64,000 nt of DNA from the sequence record SRR2962707_3387. One strand, written 5' to 3'. The notes beneath the pieces are model-generated. The model did no database searches and was not told the origin of the DNA. It was given only the letters and a program-made list of their open reading frames with translations. Shown in pieces: positions 40,132 to 50,877 of the stretch (position 1 is its first letter; each line of letters begins with the position of its first letter). The position numbers and the translations under genes were made by a program.

Positions 40132-41237
40132 TAGTGTTCCTCCGAGCAGAGCATCATTTTTTCAAGCACCGATTCAACTCCGTTGCCTTCTGTGACTGAC
40201 GAGGCCATTTGCCCAATCTCAGAAAGCTCATGAGAACCCAAAAGCCGGTCAACGACGCTCCCCAACGCGTCAAGGCTTTCACCTTCGCGCCGGACCACAA
40301 TTGCCGCACCCACATCGCCGAGAGCCTTGGCTCCCCCCTCCTGATTCTCTGCCAAAACCAGCAGGACTGTCGGTAAACCAAGACAACAGCGCTCCCAAGA
40401 CGTGCCTCCAGCAGCTCCTATACAAAGGTCCGCCAGACACATACGTTCGGCCATGTCGCTCACGTTCACGCTCACCGTCGCCCTGAACGGGAGTTTGCTT
40501 GCCTGAACTCGAACAGAGTCCAGACCGGGAGCAGATGCGCCCATCACAATGTCCAACTCGGTTTCCGGAGGCAAACGGCTGCGAGACAGTACTCTCAGTA
40601 CTTCACCAGTAACGTTCTCCCGATCTACCCCCCCAAGAGTAATCAGGATTCGCCTTACTTCTGGCGATCTCCTTCTCTCAAGACTGAGCTTCCGCATAGC
40701 CGCGAACTCGGGCCGCAGAAGCGCATAGCGTGGGCCACAGAGCCGGATACAGTCAGGCTTGGTCAGACCATCATAATCTTCTGGTTGCCGACCAAGATTC
40801 TGATCCAGCAATAAACGGCAGTGGTGGTTTCTGTCGGCCAGATCATCAATAACCATAACCTTCGCTCCCACCTGGGATACTTCCTGTTCCCAGCGAGCAT
40901 CGAGAGCATAGTGATCTACAACGACCCAATCAACCTGCCTTCCGCCCACAATATTCCGGGTTTGGTCTGCATCGAAATGCCAGGGAACGCCCAGCCAATC
41001 AGAATGAGCCGGCACGCTTTCCTGCTCGGGGATTAGCGCATCGGAGCGTCCTGGCGCCAACAAGTGAACTTCAAATCCCTTTTGCCGAATCAATGCTTCA
41101 AGGTTACCGGGGTGATCGCGACCGATGAACAGACACTCATGCCCCCTGCTGCGCAGCGCTTCCGCCAGCGTCAGACAACGCATAACGTGGCCGGTACCAA
41201 TATCGATTGAAGCATCCGCACGAAACGCAATACGCAT
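40131..41237 (-). CDS. pseG: UDP-2,4-diacetamido-2,4,6-trideoxy-beta-L-altropyranose hydrolase
   Basis: FRADAS..IGTGHVMRCLTLA, VDHY, IDDLADR, YALLRPEF, GAAGGTSWERCCLG, AENQ. Confidence 0.93.
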   Translation of the reverse strand: MRIAFRADASIDIGTGHVMRCLTLAEALRSRGHECLFIGRDHPGNLEALIRQKGFEVHLLAPGRSDALIPEQESVPAHSDWLGVPWHFDADQTRNIVGGRQVDWVVVDHYALDARWEQEVSQVGAKVMVIDDLADRNHHCRLLLDQNLGRQPEDYDGLTKPDCIRLCGPRYALLRPEFAAMRKLSLERRRSPEVRRILITLGGVDRENVTGEVLRVLSRSRLPPETELDIVMGASAPGLDSVRVQASKLPFRATVSVNVSDMAERMCLADLCIGAAGGTSWERCCLGLPTVLLVLAENQEGGAKALGDVGAAIVVRREGESLDALGSVVDRLLGSHELSEIGQMASSVTEGNGVESVLEKMMLCSEEH

Positions 41238-41938
41238 CAACTTGCACCTTGCTCCCGCATAGCGCGGAACAACCATTCTGCTCGATCCCAGTCTTCCGGC
41301 GTATCAATATCCTGAACCCGATGCCTGGGTAAGATAACCGGTACGGCGTCTTCTGAAAAAATCGGCCGACCTTCCCTCCATGCCTCAGCTGTACCCCAAT
41401 AGAACTGGCCCGCATCATGCCAGGCCTCTTCCAAATCCTGAGAACGAGTTTGAAAGTGCTCGGGGCTGAACATCGCTATTCGACCATCATCCTTGATTCG
41501 AATGGCCCGCTGGATAGGAAATGCGTAACTGGTTACCGAGAACGCATAGCTGCAACCCTCACCAACCAGTAACTCCTGCCCCCGTATGAGATCATCTGAG
41601 CTCACAAATGGAGCCGTAGCGTACAGGCAGCAAACCCGAGACACCGGAACTCCAGTGGACGCCAGCCATGCGACAGCATGCTGAATCACCGGGATCGTGC
41701 CGGTATAGTCATCGGAAAGATCTGCTGGACGCATGAAAGGCGTTTCTGCACCGTATTCCCTTGCAACCGCAGCGATTTCTTCGTCATCGGTCGAAACGAT
41801 GATTCGTTCGAAACACCCGCTCTTAAGCGCAGCCTCAATCGACCAGGCAATCATTGGCTTACCGAAGAAAGCTCTGACGTTTTTCCGGGGTATACGTTTG
41901 CTGCCACCTCGGGCGGGTATGATCGCTACTGACGTCAT
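41237..41938 (-). CDS. pseF: Pseudaminic acid cytidylyltransferase
   Basis: IIPARGGSKRIPRKN, CCLYATAPF, RSQDL...HDAGQFYWG, QDIDT.EDW. Confidence 0.95.
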   Translation of the reverse strand: MTSVAIIPARGGSKRIPRKNVRAFFGKPMIAWSIEAALKSGCFERIIVSTDDEEIAAVAREYGAETPFMRPADLSDDYTGTIPVIQHAVAWLASTGVPVSRVCCLYATAPFVSSDDLIRGQELLVGEGCSYAFSVTSYAFPIQRAIRIKDDGRIAMFSPEHFQTRSQDLEEAWHDAGQFYWGTAEAWREGRPIFSEDAVPVILPRHRVQDIDTPEDWDRAEWLFRAMREQGAS

Positions 41939-41940
41939 GA

Positions 41941-43104
41941 TCACTCTCCCGCCAGAGCCACTCGGAGTGCCTCAACTACTTCGTCTTGCTGATCATCAGT
42001 TAATCCCTGAAACATAGGGAGGCTGATCGCTTCGCGGTAGTAAGCCATTGATTGAGGAAACGCTTCAGCCTCAAAGCCCATGGACTCATAAAATGGCTGC
42101 GTATGTACCGGAATGTAGTGCAGATTGACCCCAATTCCCTGTTCCCGCAAAGACTCGAACACCTCCCGGTGAGTTCGGGAAATGACATCCAGCTTCAGGC
42201 GGACAACGTAGAGGTGAAGTCCAGAATAGCTGTCTGGATGCTGCCAGGGCAATACAACAGGCAAATCGCTCAACAGTCTATCGTATCTTTTTGCCAACTG
42301 ATGCCGGCGGGCCACAAAAGCATCAAGCCGGTCCATTTGGCTAACGCCGAGCGCTGCCTGTAGCTCGGTCATCCGGTAGTTGAAACCCAAGTCCACCTGC
42401 TGGTAGTACCAGGGGCCGTCTGGCTCACGCGTCATCAAGGCGGGGTCTCGGGTAACACCATGACTACGGAGCAGGTTCATTTTTTCCGCCAGCTCTGCGC
42501 TATTGGTTACGGCCATACCACCTTCAGCCGTAGTCACGATCTTCACCGGATGGAAACTGAAGACGGTTATATCGCTATACCGACAACTGCCAATGAATTC
42601 GCCCTGATACTTACCGCCAATCGCATGGGAGGCGTCTTCGATCAGCTTGAAACCATACTCTTTCGCCAAGCCGTCGATCGCTTGCATATCGCAAGGTTGG
42701 CCGCACAAATGAACGGCCACTACCACTTTGGGCAATCGGTTTGACTGCTTTGCCGACTCAAGCTTCGCCTTCAACGCCTCTGGACAAAGGTTGTAGGTTT
42801 TGGGATCGATGTCGACAAAATCCACATTTGCGCCACAATACAAACCGCAGTTAGCAGACGCCACGAAAGTCACGGGGGTCGTCCATAGCCAGTCGCCTTT
42901 ACCAAGGCCCAATGCCAGGCAGGCGATGTGCAACGCGGACGTCGCACTATTCACCGCCAGAGCGTGGCTGGCGCCAACGTGGCTTGCCACGGCCTGCTCA
43001 AACCTGGGTACCATTGGGCCCTGAGTCAGAAAGTCTGACTCTAAAACACCCAAAACCGCATCAATATCGGCTTGGCTAATATCCTGTTTTCCGTAGGGAA
43101 TCAT
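41941..43104 (-). CDS. pseC: UDP-4-amino-4,6-dideoxy-N-acetyl-beta-L-altrosamine transaminase
   Basis: IPYGKQ.I, SDFLTQGP, NSATSALH, FSFHPVKIVTTAEGG, LGFNYRMT. Confidence 0.95.
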   Translation of the reverse strand: MIPYGKQDISQADIDAVLGVLESDFLTQGPMVPRFEQAVASHVGASHALAVNSATSALHIACLALGLGKGDWLWTTPVTFVASANCGLYCGANVDFVDIDPKTYNLCPEALKAKLESAKQSNRLPKVVVAVHLCGQPCDMQAIDGLAKEYGFKLIEDASHAIGGKYQGEFIGSCRYSDITVFSFHPVKIVTTAEGGMAVTNSAELAEKMNLLRSHGVTRDPALMTREPDGPWYYQQVDLGFNYRMTELQAALGVSQMDRLDAFVARRHQLAKRYDRLLSDLPVVLPWQHPDSYSGLHLYVVRLKLDVISRTHREVFESLREQGIGVNLHYIPVHTQPFYESMGFEAEAFPQSMAYYREAISLPMFQGLTDDQQDEVVEALRVALAGE

Positions 43105-43106
43105 GA

Positions 43107-44105
43107 TCAAATCTTGCCAATTTCGCTGTTATGACGGTCGATCCAAGCTTGCAGCTCAGCATCACTCATCCACTCATCATTATTGTCACTGGCGTAGACA
43201 AACCCTTCCGGAACACGCTTACCGTCTTTAATCCGGTCTTTGCAGGTTCCCCAATCATTAATGTTGGGCAGAATTTTGAAGTGTTCGGGATACTCGTAAG
43301 TGAAATAAGAGTCTTCCGCGCCAATCATCTGCTCATGCAGTTTTTCACCCGGCCGAATACCTACCACTTCCTGCTTGGCTTCTGGTGCAACAACGCGAGC
43401 CAGGTCGGTCACCTTCATGGAAGGAATCTTCTTCACATAAATCTCGCCACCAACCATATCTTCAAAGGCATGCCAAACCAGCTCAACGCCCTGCTCCAAG
43501 CTGATCATGAAACGCGTCATACGTGGGTCTGTAATCGGCAGAACCCCTTTATCTTTGATGGACATAAAGAACGGGATAACCGATCCCCGCGAGCCCATAA
43601 CATTACCGTAGCGCACGACTGAGAACTTGGTTTGATGGCCACCAGCGTATGAATTCCCCGCCACAAACAATTTGTCTGAGGCCAGCTTGGTGGCACCATA
43701 CAGGTTGATCGGGCTGCTTGCCTTATCCGTCGAGAGCGCCACAACGCCTTTGATACCCTTATCAATGGCAGCATCAATCAAATTCATGGCGCCATGGATA
43801 TTGGTCTTTACACACTCGAACGGATTGTACTCTGCGGTGGGAACAATCTTCGTGGCGGCCGCATGCACTACGTAATCGACTCCATCCAAAGCCCTGTAAA
43901 GACGGTCTCTGTCACGGACATCACCAATAAAGAACCGAAGACGATCGTCACCCTGGAACAGCTTGGCCATCTCCCACTGTTTCATCTCGTCTCGGGAGAA
44001 GACAATGATTTTCTTCGGGTTATACTTTTCCAGAGTCATCGGAATGAACTTGTGGCCAAAAGATCCAGTGCCGCCAGTGACCAGAATAGTTTTACCTTGC
44101 AACAT
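43107..44105 (-). CDS. pseB: UDP-GlcNAc 4,6-dehydratase (inverting)
   Basis: TGGTGSFG, SRDEMKQ, K.VP.AEYNPFEC, NLYGATKLASDKLF, RYGNVMGSRGSV. Confidence 0.96.
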   Translation of the reverse strand: MLQGKTILVTGGTGSFGHKFIPMTLEKYNPKKIIVFSRDEMKQWEMAKLFQGDDRLRFFIGDVRDRDRLYRALDGVDYVVHAAATKIVPTAEYNPFECVKTNIHGAMNLIDAAIDKGIKGVVALSTDKASSPINLYGATKLASDKLFVAGNSYAGGHQTKFSVVRYGNVMGSRGSVIPFFMSIKDKGVLPITDPRMTRFMISLEQGVELVWHAFEDMVGGEIYVKKIPSMKVTDLARVVAPEAKQEVVGIRPGEKLHEQMIGAEDSYFTYEYPEHFKILPNINDWGTCKDRIKDGKRVPEGFVYASDNNDEWMSDAELQAWIDRHNSEIGKI

Positions 44106-44128
44106 AAGCTTTCAATATCCTCAATTGA

Positions 44129-45388
44129 TCAACTTAGAGTATGAGTGATTCCCATCGCTCGGAATACCCGGGCGCATGAAACCTGTTTAATTATCCCGAT
44201 TGCCAGCGATGCGCCTCCGAACGCCAGAATCACAGCCCATTCCGGGCTTGCCTGACCAAGAACCAACACCAGCAAAACAAACACCAAGAGCCCAATAAGA
44301 TGGGCTGCAATGATGGGTTTATCGCGGGAAACCGCGTAGAGGCCGTAATGAGGGATCATCCCTACTACAAAAAGCCCCATGGAGACCAAAACCCCTACGA
44401 ACATTGGCCAATGGTCAAAATAGATTGCGTTGGGCAGAAAACTAAACAAAACGGGCCCTGCCACTGACCCGCCGAGCACCAAAACCATCGACCAGACCAA
44501 CGTGTGTTTCTTCAGAGTCGCCCTCGCTGACAGAAACCCAGACAGGTCTTCGCTATTGTGAGCTGTGATCATACGTGGATAGAGGAACGCGAATACGCCG
44601 GCATCCATAAACGCCAACACGGCCCCCGCCATGCCCATGAACAGGCTGTATACGCCAAGAAGATCCGGCCCATTCAATGCCTCAAAGGCAAATCGATCTA
44701 CCGTCATGATGCCTCGCAAGGCAAGCGTGGCAATCAGCAACGGCAACGCAACGAGCACGCCTTTTTTCAACCACGCCCACTCAACGCCGAGATTGCGCCA
44801 GTTGATAGAACGCAACAGCAGCCCACCCATCAGCACACTCAACACCGAACCTGCAGCCCAAAAGGGCAGTAAAACAGCCAAAGATCGATAGGATTCGGAG
44901 TAAACCAGGCAGACCATAAACAGCAAAGCCCAGATACCCTGCCTGAAAAACACCATGAGTGAAGCAAATACTGGGCGCCCCATGGCAATGGCCAGACGCG
45001 ATACTTCCTGAGCCAGATGCTCGGAGACAATCAACAGCATTACCCACCCCGCCAGCCACCAGGGAAGCAAGCCAAAAACGAATAAGAGAAGAGATACCGG
45101 CAGCATCAGGGCGTACAGCCCACCAAAAAACACACCCTGTGAAAACAACAACCGCCCCCACTGATCGGCTGGTCGATTCAGCAGATCTCGCGTACTGAAG
45201 GTGTAGAAATCAAAACCAACAAAATACAGGGCATAGCTGACCGTGACCACGATCAAACCGTACAAGCCAACTTCAGACGGCGGGAGATAGATCGCGAGAA
45301 TAAAGATCAAGCCAAACCGTATGGCCAGCGTGACCGCGCGGATTGCGACGTTCAATAGTTTAGGATTGGCAAAAACTGATACCAACAA
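44129..45388 (-). CDS. wzx: Wzx-like polysaccharide flippase
   Basis: 419 aa, about 12 TM segments, GLYGL in the first loop, DR motif near the middle. Confidence 0.78.
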   Translation of the reverse strand: MLVSVFANPKLLNVAIRAVTLAIRFGLIFILAIYLPPSEVGLYGLIVVTVSYALYFVGFDFYTFSTRDLLNRPADQWGRLLFSQGVFFGGLYALMLPVSLLLFVFGLLPWWLAGWVMLLIVSEHLAQEVSRLAIAMGRPVFASLMVFFRQGIWALLFMVCLVYSESYRSLAVLLPFWAAGSVLSVLMGGLLLRSINWRNLGVEWAWLKKGVLVALPLLIATLALRGIMTVDRFAFEALNGPDLLGVYSLFMGMAGAVLAFMDAGVFAFLYPRMITAHNSEDLSGFLSARATLKKHTLVWSMVLVLGGSVAGPVLFSFLPNAIYFDHWPMFVGVLVSMGLFVVGMIPHYGLYAVSRDKPIIAAHLIGLLVFVLLVLVLGQASPEWAVILAFGGASLAIGIIKQVSCARVFRAMGITHTLS

Positions 45389-45389
45389 C

Positions 45390-47384
45390 TTAGAAGCGCC
45401 ACATAAATCGCAGATAACGGGAAATTTGTGTTCTGACCCGCTGTAGAATAGTCACTTCAGCCCGGGCTAGTTGAATCTCATCCAACACCCTCTCAACACT
45501 GGTAAAATAACCACTTGAGCTACTCACATATGTTGGGTACAGAATCAACGCAGCCGCAACCAGCTCTGGAAGCGAACGCGGGCGAGTTCGACGTGCAACG
45601 GGCTCCTTATCTTCCGTCAATCCCCAACCGCAATAAAACGGTTGCCCATAACAGACGACTCTTTTCCCTCTGATTAAACCCTCAAACCCTGCCAATGAGG
45701 TCATGGTGTGGACCTCATCGACCTGCATTAACATATGATGCATGTCCTGATCCGTGACGACCTCATCATACAGATCTTCTTCCAATCGCCGCTTACCCTT
45801 GCGCATGCCTGCAGCAACATCGGGATGGACTTTATAGACAATCCATGCGTCGGGATTATCGCCTCTAACCGCAGCTAAAAGATCAGCATTTGTCTTTATC
45901 TTAGGGGAGCCAAACCTAACAGAGGCATCGGACTCTACTTGCCCTGGAACCAAAATGACCCTTTTACGATTCGGAGGCCTTACCCAGTCCCTCAACCCTA
46001 CATTGTATTTCGTAGCTCCAACCTTGCACAGGCGTTCAATGAGTGCCTTACCTCTCTCAACAGTGGTTTGATCAATCTCGGAAAACTGCAGTATTTGCTC
46101 AAGATCTGAGGGTTTGGACGAGTCGTAGTAGATTCCCCTTGTATCCAGCACCCATGATTGGGGAGCTACGAGGTCGACACCAAGTCCAGCCGAACGGATG
46201 AACCCGTCTTCGACTCTGATGACCTGTCTGTGGCGATCACCCTCAGGCACGTTACTCATACCCCAAACTACAATAGGTGCGTTAGGGTCCGAGCAATTCT
46301 CAACTAGCTCAGACCCCAAAAAGAATTTTTTTAGATGAAGCCTTTTCCATCGGGGGAAACGTGCAACCTTCAGTGTCGCACCAAATCGCTCCATCATTTT
46401 GCGCTGCAGTCCCATCCACGAAATCGCACGCTCAGGATCACAACGCTCGCCAGTTTCAGGATCAACATATCTGCAGTAGTCGACCAACGCTGAGTGTATC
46501 AATTGCTCAATGGTACAGGGGCATCGAAAGGAAGGCGCTGGTAATCGATCTATTGTTAAACCCCTACCGGCGTAAAACGGCATACCAAAACAATATACCG
46601 GCTTACCCCAGATTAATGCTTCGAACCCCATTTGAGAAGTAACGCAGAAGACAGCAGCGGTGTCATTTAATAAAGCTGGGGGATGGACATCATGTGAAAG
46701 TAGAATCACCCGTTCGTCTGAAAGCAACGGATGACCAGTCAAATAACCTTGCTTTTTTCCTGACACCACTTCTGGATGAGTTTTGACCAAAACCGTATGA
46801 TTTGGATAGCTACGAAAGGCATCGGAAAGCATATCATCGAAACTAGATTGGGTAGCCGATCCATACTTTACTGAAGCGTCTCCATAGGTCTGATCAACAA
46901 CTAAGACAAAGGGTTTATAGACCGTAAATAATTTTCTCGGCGCATGATTGTATTTGGACACGAGCTGAGACTGCCATAAGCACGTTAATTCTTTAGAGCG
47001 AGAGCTCTCATGCAAACTCAAGGGCCTTTTCGTCAACTGATCTAAATAACTGCATACATGTGCGTCATAATAGATCCCATAGAAATCAACGACAAACGAT
47101 AACTCTCTCTGATCTTGACCGGGAAAAACCGATCGAAGGAATCCATCTTCAACCCTTAAAATACGAAACTTGTATTTTCTGGATAATTTATCATCAACAA
47201 ACGAAGACTTTTTTTTCCCCCAAACGACCAAACAAACCGAAGGATCTTCCTTCAAGGATAACCGGCTAATGAGATCAATAAATGATACTTTTCGACCCAA
47301 GGCTCGATGGAGCAAGCTATGGCGCGATAAGTATTTTGATGAGGTGCAATAGCCCACAATATTAAAAGACCGCCTTTTCGCCAC
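45390..47384 (-). CDS. kpsC: Two-domain KpsC capsule biosynthesis protein (beta-Kdo transferase family)
   Basis: Two repeats of EDGF(L/I)RS...SKYN/TKYN...Q..D.S...K.HP...TS..GFE.L...PFY.G.GLT.D. Confidence 0.9.
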   Translation of the reverse strand: MAKRRSFNIVGYCTSSKYLSRHSLLHRALGRKVSFIDLISRLSLKEDPSVCLVVWGKKKSSFVDDKLSRKYKFRILRVEDGFLRSVFPGQDQRELSFVVDFYGIYYDAHVCSYLDQLTKRPLSLHESSRSKELTCLWQSQLVSKYNHAPRKLFTVYKPFVLVVDQTYGDASVKYGSATQSSFDDMLSDAFRSYPNHTVLVKTHPEVVSGKKQGYLTGHPLLSDERVILLSHDVHPPALLNDTAAVFCVTSQMGFEALIWGKPVYCFGMPFYAGRGLTIDRLPAPSFRCPCTIEQLIHSALVDYCRYVDPETGERCDPERAISWMGLQRKMMERFGATLKVARFPRWKRLHLKKFFLGSELVENCSDPNAPIVVWGMSNVPEGDRHRQVIRVEDGFIRSAGLGVDLVAPQSWVLDTRGIYYDSSKPSDLEQILQFSEIDQTTVERGKALIERLCKVGATKYNVGLRDWVRPPNRKRVILVPGQVESDASVRFGSPKIKTNADLLAAVRGDNPDAWIVYKVHPDVAAGMRKGKRRLEEDLYDEVVTDQDMHHMLMQVDEVHTMTSLAGFEGLIRGKRVVCYGQPFYCGWGLTEDKEPVARRTRPRSLPELVAAALILYPTYVSSSSGYFTSVERVLDEIQLARAEVTILQRVRTQISRYLRFMWRF

Positions 47385-50300
47385 TTTCTACCGAAACTTT
47401 AAACTCGTTTACTCTTTTAGATAGCAAATCTGCAATTCTATTAACCAACTCGGATTTATCGCCTTTCGGCTCCAGATCGACAATCGATACAGAGCTATGC
47501 CAAACATCTTTTCCAGAGTCGTTAACCTTGCGCCAATCTAACTCTGAGGAGTTTGAAAAAAGCCAGGTTTCAACGCCGACCGCTCCCGCAAGTTCGACAA
47601 CAGTAGTAGCCGGACTAATAATCATATCCATACAGGACATGAGAGCTGCCACACCGTCGAAATCGTTATACTGATCCAGGTCTTCAAAATTGATTAATCT
47701 GCCTGGATAATTATCCTCAACCCATTGCAACTCTTCACTACAATCGTCATATTGCAAATTAACGAATTGAATACCATCAACCTCAAAAATAGGACGCAAG
47801 TCAGAAACATCCAGATAATGCTCGTTCCTGCCTGCTGTTTGCACACTACTTCGCCAACTGATTCCAACCAATATATCTTTAGCACCCAACCTCTTTTTAA
47901 AGTTAGATATGCGCTCATCACACGGAATTAAATAGGGAACACCAGGAAAATCAATATAATCTGTTCGATAAGTAGCGAGTAAGTCAGTAACCAACACCGA
48001 TGTTTCCGATCGAGTGATCGCAGAGACCGCCTCGTTATTGACTATGCCTACGATGTCCGAACCTGGGACATTGGAGCAAGCATCCAAATCGATCACGTCA
48101 CTGTGTCGAGGCTTTGGTGTACTAACAAAAGAGATATAAGGAAATGATCTCTTGAACAAACTCTCCAATTTTGGAGAAACTGTTATAACGACCGGCGCAC
48201 GGGAACCAAAATCTTTATAAATTTCCTCATAAATCGAAGAAAACCTTATCTCATCTCCTGGCCCAAATATCGATAACGCACAAATACCGCCTTTATCAGA
48301 GACAAGAACCTTATCGTTTTTCGAAAAGTCCCAGAACTTATCGGGAAAATATTTGCACAATGCCGAACGGATTTCGAGTTCCCTAAACGTCTCATGTGCA
48401 AGCTTAATCATTCTATTCCCAAAGAAGAGCTTACGCCTATGCATCTCTCCGACTTTAATTTTATTTGAGAGACAGAATTGATAAAGCTCAAGACTACGTT
48501 TATAGTCGCAGGCCTGAATATATAATCTGAAGGCTTCCGCAATATACATTTCTTTGGGCGCGACTTTGATCGCCGACTCGATCACTTCAACTGCATCATG
48601 AAGTCTACCGCGGTGCGATAGGACCTGAGAGTACAATACTCTTGAATGGTCACTGCGATCCCCGGAGAGAATGAGCTTTTGAATTTCGGTTTGAGCTCTT
48701 TCAAACAACCCCAATTCGATATAGTATTTTATTTTTCTAAAATTCAGATCTCGATCAAGGCGCCCTTGTGCAACAAGACATCTAAAAACATCTTCTGAAT
48801 ATTGAGCATCAGACAGTCCTTCAAGAGCAAATCTTATATTTACAATTTGATCAGGCTTATATAAAACGAACTTACTTAGCCAGCTCATATTAAGCAAGGA
48901 TTTTTTAGCTAGACTTTTTCGAGACCTGAAATTAGACAAAATTGCATATCTATTGGACCCGTATGGATCAATACCATACATTATGTCAGACAAAAGTATC
49001 GCCGACTCATAGTCGAATTTATATATCGCGACCTGAATCAGAGACCTAATCGCTCCAACTACACTTTTACCACTGAGCAAGATTATTTCGGCTGTCTCTA
49101 GAGACTGATCAAATTGACGCACTTCTATTGAATAATTAAGTGCATGCGCCATCGAATCAAGGTCACAGTCAATACCCAAACGATTATCTACATTTGAGCT
49201 AAGGTTCCGTGCAGCCTTAACTTTCTCCTCTATATACTTACGAACAAATGGAACCTTGTCGTTTCTAACAACCAGCCAATCAATATTATTTTGGATAGTC
49301 TTGTCGGCAACCCAACCGGAGCAAGTAATCAGGATTTCATTATATAACTTTGGCTCAATATACTCCCTGACCCTCTTAAGAAAAAGATCAATCAAGCCTT
49401 CATCTTTCAATTGCCCAATACAAAAAAAGACTAGCGCCCTAACGCCAAGCTCGTTAGGATCGCAAGAAAAAACTCGCCCAAAATCAAAGCTCTTAACAAA
49501 TTCAGAACGGGCATTTAAATCCTCTCTATCCTGCATTAACAGCGCCGGCCAAAAATGAGTATTGACGAACTGCCGCCCCTCAGCGTTTTCCTTCCTACAA
49601 GAATCATAAAGGAGAACTTCTTGGTCTGCCGAAATCCTTGAGCAAGCAGCTAGTAAGCCATTCGCAGAATCATTTAGGTCTGCTAGATACTTGGGATAGA
49701 GCAAATATGAAGCAGCAAATAGCTCATCTAACGTCAACTGTCTGCCTCTGTGCGTTATTTCCGACCGGTCATCGGTTAACCCCCAGCCCGCATAGAAGGG
49801 TATGCCAACGACAGTAACCCCCTTACCTCGCAGCAAAAATTCGAAGCCGCTTAAAGAAGAAATAGTGTAACAATGATCAACACTTTCGACGAAATCGACG
49901 AAAGAGCTTGAAGGTGGGCAAATAGTTGCAAACTTTTCAACATGTCGTCTTTTAAGAGTGCTTTTCTGAAATCCACGATATACCTCCGGGTGCGGTCTAT
50001 ATATAATCTCTGCCCCAGGATTCTCGCTGTAAGCTAGTTTAATTAGATCAAAAGCTGTCCACTTTTTTGGATTTCCATACTTTATGGAAGCATCAGATTC
50101 TACTTGACCAAGAACCGCAATACGTTTTTTTATCTTTATATCACTACCAACAGTTATTGCAGGCGGATTATATTTGGAAAGTCTAGATCTAATTATAAAC
50201 TCTTTTAACTCAACTGCTTGATCGAGCAAATTTGGATCCGATGAAAAGTCATACTCTAAGAGTATTTTTTCCAAATCTGATCCAGATCTCGGATCATAGT

Positions 50301-50871
50301 ATATACCCGACGTATCAATCGCCAACGAGTATGGCGTAGAATGAGCAGCACCCAACTCGGCCGAGCGAATAAAGCCATCTTCAACACGCCAGACTTTGAT
50401 TTTTTTTCTTTTTAATCTCTGCCGAAGGACAGCGCTTTCAGTGTATCCCCAAATAGCAACTTGTTTTACTGGCTCGTCAAGTTCCGATATCATTTTAAAT
50501 GCACGGTAACTAGATATTTTTCGAGGCGCAAACGCTACTCGATGCTCTGGGAAATAGTCTGCCAAGAACCCGTATTTCCAGTCATTACAACCAAAAAATG
50601 GAAGGATTGGTGCAGATGGTTTATCTCGCCAGTTTTCACCCACCAGGCAATAGCTATCCAAGAACTCCAAATCCGGTGCGACTATTTCTCGCACTTCCTC
50701 AACATAAGGATACGGGTGTTTAAGTGAAGAGGAAATTTTCTTTTTTTCTCGACCTATTACATTAGAAACATCGCGAATTTCCGAGGTAAGCATAAGACTT
50801 GCAGCGCGTTTTAGACGATCTCTTGTTCTTTTTCCACGAAATCTTGAAACTTTACGAAAAATATCAAACAT
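47362..50871 (-). CDS. Large fusion protein: KpsC-like domain, TPR-like helical region and GT9/FlmG-like glycosyltransferase domain
   Basis: 1169 aa; N-terminal EDGFIRS, SKYN, GQVESDAS, YRPHPE, PFYAGWGLTDD; C-terminal GPGDEI, LFKRSFP, VGISWRS, FVNLQY, AALMSCMDMIIS..TTVVELAGAVG. Confidence 0.75.
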   Translation of the reverse strand: MFDIFRKVSRFRGKRTRDRLKRAASLMLTSEIRDVSNVIGREKKKISSSLKHPYPYVEEVREIVAPDLEFLDSYCLVGENWRDKPSAPILPFFGCNDWKYGFLADYFPEHRVAFAPRKISSYRAFKMISELDEPVKQVAIWGYTESAVLRQRLKRKKIKVWRVEDGFIRSAELGAAHSTPYSLAIDTSGIYYDPRSGSDLEKILLEYDFSSDPNLLDQAVELKEFIIRSRLSKYNPPAITVGSDIKIKKRIAVLGQVESDASIKYGNPKKWTAFDLIKLAYSENPGAEIIYRPHPEVYRGFQKSTLKRRHVEKFATICPPSSSFVDFVESVDHCYTISSLSGFEFLLRGKGVTVVGIPFYAGWGLTDDRSEITHRGRQLTLDELFAASYLLYPKYLADLNDSANGLLAACSRISADQEVLLYDSCRKENAEGRQFVNTHFWPALLMQDREDLNARSEFVKSFDFGRVFSCDPNELGVRALVFFCIGQLKDEGLIDLFLKRVREYIEPKLYNEILITCSGWVADKTIQNNIDWLVVRNDKVPFVRKYIEEKVKAARNLSSNVDNRLGIDCDLDSMAHALNYSIEVRQFDQSLETAEIILLSGKSVVGAIRSLIQVAIYKFDYESAILLSDIMYGIDPYGSNRYAILSNFRSRKSLAKKSLLNMSWLSKFVLYKPDQIVNIRFALEGLSDAQYSEDVFRCLVAQGRLDRDLNFRKIKYYIELGLFERAQTEIQKLILSGDRSDHSRVLYSQVLSHRGRLHDAVEVIESAIKVAPKEMYIAEAFRLYIQACDYKRSLELYQFCLSNKIKVGEMHRRKLFFGNRMIKLAHETFRELEIRSALCKYFPDKFWDFSKNDKVLVSDKGGICALSIFGPGDEIRFSSIYEEIYKDFGSRAPVVITVSPKLESLFKRSFPYISFVSTPKPRHSDVIDLDACSNVPGSDIVGIVNNEAVSAITRSETSVLVTDLLATYRTDYIDFPGVPYLIPCDERISNFKKRLGAKDILVGISWRSSVQTAGRNEHYLDVSDLRPIFEVDGIQFVNLQYDDCSEELQWVEDNYPGRLINFEDLDQYNDFDGVAALMSCMDMIISPATTVVELAGAVGVETWLFSNSSELDWRKVNDSGKDVWHSSVSIVDLEPKGDKSELVNRIADLLSKRVNEFKVSVESGEKAVF

Positions 50872-50877
50872 AATTCT

